From: an uncultured Saprospirales bacterium
GTDB taxonomy: Bacteria; Bacteroidota; Bacteroidia; Chitinophagales; CAJXBJ01
Reading direction: 5' to 3'
Assembly: GCA_913050195.1 (NCBI GenBank)
Contig: CAJXBJ010000004.1
Coordinates: forward strand, 1-51,995
Length of the DNA stretch: 51,995 nucleotides
The notes under the pieces are model-generated. The model did no database searches, was not told the DNA's origin, and was given only the letters and a program-made list of their open reading frames with translations. The position numbers and the translations under genes are program-made. Positions 48,363 to 51,995 of this stretch are shown piece after piece; position 1 is the first letter of the stretch, and each line of letters starts with the position of its first letter.

Positions 48363-49487
48363 TTAGTTGCCAAGTGTTTTACGAATATCTTGTGCTGATT
48401 TTTTATATCTTGAATTAGATCTAATTAAATCCTCTAGTAAAACTGCTGCCTTATCTTTTTCTTCTTTGGCTAAGTAAATATTAACCAATTGCCATTTAGA
48501 TTCTACTTTATAGTAAGGATCATTCATACTAATAACCTGCTGATGCATTGAAACTGATTTCTCTACATCATTAGTATAATTATATGCACTTGCTAAATAG
48601 AAAAGTATTTCCACATCATCACTTATTATAGACTCATAGGCATTATAGGTCAATATAAGTTCACTGTATTTTTGAGCATCTGTCAACTTACGCATTTCAG
48701 TGATAGCTTCAATTCTACTAAGGCCTCTTTTTATTTCAGGCCCAGACTCTAACTTATTAGAATTAGTACTCTCTTCAACCGCAACTCTTTTTGCCAAGGT
48801 ATTTCCCATTTCACTATCCAAATTTTCGTTAAATACTGGAGATTCATTACTTTCTGAATTAAACTCTGCCAAATCACTGTTTTCTTCTTCCTCTATTTCT
48901 AATTCAAAGGAAGATTCTTCCTTAGCTATTTTCTCTAAATCCGATTTTTCTTCTAGCGAGGAATTTTCTAAAATCATTTCATTTGATTCCTCTAGAACTA
49001 ATTCCTTTTCAATATCAACCGCATCCTCTGTATCAGCTTTTTCTAATTTTGGTGTAACCTGAATAGTATGATCTATTTTATCTAAATCTTTAACTATAAC
49101 TTTCTTATTTTCTGCAAAGGTTTTTTCTTCCATGTTTAAACTACTAATAGCTTTAAACATTAAGCCAATTATACCTAAAAATAGAACTAATGCTGCTGCA
49201 ACCTTAATAAAAGCTTTATTACCATTGACTAGTCGTATGAATTTATGCATACTATTTTGCTCTGATAGCCTTAAAACTTGCAACTTCATGTCATAAACTT
49301 CTAGCTTTATATTCTTACCTATTTTGTAGCCTTCTAGAGCATCACTACATAGCTTACAATCAATCAAGTGATATTCTACCTTATAGATATCTTTCGCATT
49401 TAGCTTTCCTTGAGCATACTCAATGAGCATCTCTTTCTCAATACACTTAGTATTTTTAAAAATTATATTTTGCTTATTTTGACTCAA
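48363..49487 (-). CDS. Zinc-binding anti-sigma factor with TM helix, acidic linker and C-terminal TPR
   Basis: HLIDCKLC (HxxxCxxC), TM KVAAALVLFLGIIGLMF, Glu/Ser-rich linker, ILFYLASAY/SKWQLVNIYL TPR helices; overlaps the sigma gene stop. Confidence 0.8.
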   Translation of the reverse strand: MSQNKQNIIFKNTKCIEKEMLIEYAQGKLNAKDIYKVEYHLIDCKLCSDALEGYKIGKNIKLEVYDMKLQVLRLSEQNSMHKFIRLVNGNKAFIKVAAALVLFLGIIGLMFKAISSLNMEEKTFAENKKVIVKDLDKIDHTIQVTPKLEKADTEDAVDIEKELVLEESNEMILENSSLEEKSDLEKIAKEESSFELEIEEEENSDLAEFNSESNESPVFNENLDSEMGNTLAKRVAVEESTNSNKLESGPEIKRGLSRIEAITEMRKLTDAQKYSELILTYNAYESIISDDVEILFYLASAYNYTNDVEKSVSMHQQVISMNDPYYKVESKWQLVNIYLAKEEKDKAAVLLEDLIRSNSRYKKSAQDIRKTLGN

Positions 49488-50046
49488 GCTTACTTTCTAT
49501 ACAGTTCTTAAGATTTCTTTTTCCATTTTGTATATAGCTTTTAACCTTCATCATTTCCATCTCAAATGATTGACTAATACCCTTATATGTCATCTTTTCT
49601 AAATAAAATGACTTAATACAAATATTTTGCTCTTTGGTTAAAGCCTCTATACATTCTTCCAAAGAATCAAAGACCTTTTCTTTTTTAATATTCTCATTAA
49701 ATAGATGAAATTCTTGCATTAATTCCATACTGTTTTCTAAATCTTTTGAATATAAGCTGTGATTTTTTTGTTCACTTTTACGCTTTCTCAGTGCCATCAG
49801 GCAGTGGTTTTTAGCAACTACATATAACCAAGATTTAAAATAATTGATTTCGTGTTGGTTAATCTCATTTAGCAACTTTTCAAAAATATCAAAGACGGCA
49901 TCTTTGGCTTTCTCTTCATTTTTAAGATAATTCAAGCATAGGCCATAAACTAGATGCAAATATCTATTATAAAGCTCACCCAGAAGCTTGTTCTCATGGG
50001 TATTCTTATACTGACTTAAAAGATCTTTATCTGATAATTCCTGCAT
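49474..50046 (-). CDS. ECF RNA polymerase sigma factor
   Basis: Region 2 (AKDAVFDIFEKL...FKSWLYVVAKNHCL) and region 4 (EQNICIKSFY...YKGIS...VKSYIQNGKRNLK). Confidence 0.93.
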   Translation of the reverse strand: MQELSDKDLLSQYKNTHENKLLGELYNRYLHLVYGLCLNYLKNEEKAKDAVFDIFEKLLNEINQHEINYFKSWLYVVAKNHCLMALRKRKSEQKNHSLYSKDLENSMELMQEFHLFNENIKKEKVFDSLEECIEALTKEQNICIKSFYLEKMTYKGISQSFEMEMMKVKSYIQNGKRNLKNCIESKLESK

Positions 50047-50112
50047 TCTAAGACTAAAATTACTACCCTTTATACTCCATAAATGGGTATCAGGTTACAT
50101 TTCAGTCTTAGA
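50047..50112 (-). promoter_or_regulatory. Extended hairpin filling the gcvP-sigma spacer, containing candidate promoter elements
   Basis: 14-bp outer arms 50047-50060/50099-50112 and inner TACCCTTTAT/ATAAA-T-GGGTA stem; GTAACC-N16-AGTATA and TAATTTTA on the minus strand. Confidence 0.55.
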
Positions 50113-50114
50113 CT

Positions 50115-51995
50115 TTAGGCATATTCTTCTATCGAAGGACAAGTACAAATTAAATTCCTATCACCATACGAATTGTTGATCCGGCCAACACTTGGCCAAA
50201 ACTTTTGTTCTCTCAATGTATTAATAGGAAAAGCTGCTTTTTCTCTATCATAGTCATGCACCCAGTCATTTTTTAGTAAATGCTTTAAGGTGTGTGGGGC
50301 ATTCTTAAGCACATTATCTTTTATAGTATAAGTACCATCCTCAATCTCTTTAATTTCAGCCTTTATTGATAACATAGCATCAATAAATCGGTCCAGCTCC
50401 TTTTTAGATTCACTTTCCGTAGGCTCTATCATTAATGTACCAGCCACTGGAAAAGAAACTGTTGGTGCATGAAAACTATAGTCCATTAACCTCTTAGAAA
50501 CATCTTCAACATCAATGCCGATATTGTGCTTATACATTCTAAAATCTAGTATAAACTCATGTGCAATGGTTCCCGTAATATTGGTATATAAAATATCAAA
50601 ATTAGAATCTAGACTAGCTTTAAGATAGTTTGCATTTAAAATAGCTGCTTTTGTTGAATTCACAAGACCTTTTCCACCTAGTAATTTAATGTAAGAATAT
50701 GAAATCAATAATATACTAGCACTCCCCCATGGAGCCGCAGAAATAGATGTAATCGCTTTTTCTCCACCTACATTAACTATTGGATTACTTGGTAAATAAG
50801 GCGCTAACTTTTTATTTACACAAATTGGTCCAACTCCAGGGCCTCCACCTCCATGCGGAATAGCAAAGGTCTTATGTAAATTAAGATGACATACATCAGC
50901 ACCTATAATACTTGGATTCGTCAATCCAACTTGAGCGTTCATATTTGCACCATCCATATAAACCATGCCACCATTATCATGAATTATTTCACAACATTCA
51001 ATAACTGGTTTTTCATAAACCCCGTGTGTAGAAGGATAGGTTATCATTAAGGCCGACAAATTATCCTTATGCAATTCAGCTTTTTCCTTTAAATCCTCTA
51101 TTTTGATGTTACCATGTTTATCACAATCAACTACAACAACTTTCATTCCTGCCATTACTGCACTAGCTGGGTTTGTACCATGAGCTGAGGCTGGAATCAG
51201 AACTATATTTCTATTTGTATCTCCCCGGTTTTCATGGTAAGCTCGAATAACCATTAATCCAGCGTATTCACCTTGAGCCCCAGAATTTGGCTGTAAAGAA
51301 CAAGCATCAAAACCTGTTATTTCACAAAGGTCCTTTTCAAGCTCTTCAATAATTTTATGATACCCCAAAGCTTGATCTTTAGGGACAAACGGATGTATGT
51401 GAGCAAAGCCGGCATAGTTTAATGGAAGTAACTGGGCAGCAGCATTCAATTTCATTGTGCAAGATCCTAAAGGAATCATTGAAGATGTTAATGATAAATC
51501 CTTGTTCTCCAATGATTTAATATATCTCATTATGTCTGTCTCAGTATGGTACATATTAAAGACATCATGCTCTAAAATTGACTCCTTTCTAATCAAATCA
51601 TCTGGGAGATCAAAATCTAAATCACCAATAAATTCATGATATTTTCTTTCAGGATAAGGTATTTCTTTAGCTGCCGCAAACACCCATAATATTGCATTAG
51701 CATTATCTAAAGAAGTGGTTTCATCCAAGGCAATTATCACTGTGCCATCAGACTCATATCTAAAATTATAGCCAGCATCTTCAGCTATCTCTTTTATCTT
51801 TTGCTGTGAAATACCATCTGTATCAATTTTAAGGGTATCAAAATAAAAGTCATTAAGCTGTTTATAACCCATTTGAGCAAGCTCTTCTTCAAGCCCCTTG
51901 GCAATAGCATGAATTCGATAAGCTATAGCTCGTAATCCTTCTGGACCATGATAAACAGCATACATACCTGCCATTATTGCTAACAAAGCTTGAGC
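50115..51995 (-). CDS. gcvP: Glycine dehydrogenase (decarboxylating), P protein (5' part outside window)
   Basis: MIPLGSCTMKLN, SLQPNSGAQGEYAGL, SAHGTNPASA, TYPSTHG, HLNLHKTFAIPHGGGGPG and IEPTESE motifs; frame open to the window edge. Confidence 0.97.
   Translation of the reverse strand, partial: AQALLAIMAGMYAVYHGPEGLRAIAYRIHAIAKGLEEELAQMGYKQLNDFYFDTLKIDTDGISQQKIKEIAEDAGYNFRYESDGTVIIALDETTSLDNANAILWVFAAAKEIPYPERKYHEFIGDLDFDLPDDLIRKESILEHDVFNMYHTETDIMRYIKSLENKDLSLTSSMIPLGSCTMKLNAAAQLLPLNYAGFAHIHPFVPKDQALGYHKIIEELEKDLCEITGFDACSLQPNSGAQGEYAGLMVIRAYHENRGDTNRNIVLIPASAHGTNPASAVMAGMKVVVVDCDKHGNIKIEDLKEKAELHKDNLSALMITYPSTHGVYEKPVIECCEIIHDNGGMVYMDGANMNAQVGLTNPSIIGADVCHLNLHKTFAIPHGGGGPGVGPICVNKKLAPYLPSNPIVNVGGEKAITSISAAPWGSASILLISYSYIKLLGGKGLVNSTKAAILNANYLKASLDSNFDILYTNITGTIAHEFILDFRMYKHNIGIDVEDVSKRLMDYSFHAPTVSFPVAGTLMIEPTESESKKELDRFIDAMLSIKAEIKEIEDGTYTIKDNVLKNAPHTLKHLLKNDWVHDYDREKAAFPINTLREQKFWPSVGRINNSYGDRNLICTCPSIEEYA

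Noticed and set aside
50047-50114. Glycine riboswitch or MITE interpretation of the hairpin
   Set aside because: It lies downstream, not upstream, of gcvP and lacks riboswitch motifs. No target-site duplication or second copy is visible in the window.
34652-51639. ORFs 34652-34951(+), 36720-36965(-), 40118-40306(+), 48700-49062(+) and 51457-51639(+)
   Set aside because: Antisense to well-supported genes. The Ser/Phe richness of 48700-49062 mirrors the Glu/Lys-rich linker on the other strand.
1-51995. CRISPR arrays, tRNA/rRNA genes, IS elements, frameshifted pseudogenes
   Set aside because: No intergenic gap exceeds about 190 bp; I saw no spaced direct repeats, cloverleaf or transposase motifs, and the recognised genes appear full length.

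Overview
A 52 kb, AT-rich, very gene-dense chromosomal window from a Bacteroidota genome. The assignment rests on T9SS C-terminal domains, TAnnTTTG-type promoters and the gene orders parA-parB-DUF5683 and ftsX-DUF3098-uppP-truB. It holds 39 credible CDSs, two of them cut by the window edges. Most are core housekeeping genes: bioD/bioA, parA/parB, mnmA, ftsX, uppP, truB, ribF, holA, glutamate dehydrogenase, ccmB/C/D, biotin carboxylase, an AddA-like helicase-nuclease and gcvP. There are also four T9SS-type secreted proteins, a FadL + SGNH lipase pair, a propeller-PP2C sensor and an ECF sigma/anti-sigma pair. I saw no rRNA, tRNA, CRISPR array, IS, prophage or defence island. I cannot claim a clearly new system. 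The best leads are (i) a TPR / outer-membrane barrel / HU-like-TM-SPOR operon that could span the envelope, (ii) a hairpin filling the gcvP-ECF sigma spacer, and (iii) a recurring TAnnTTTA promoter variant. All annotations come from motif recognition by eye; no database searches were run.
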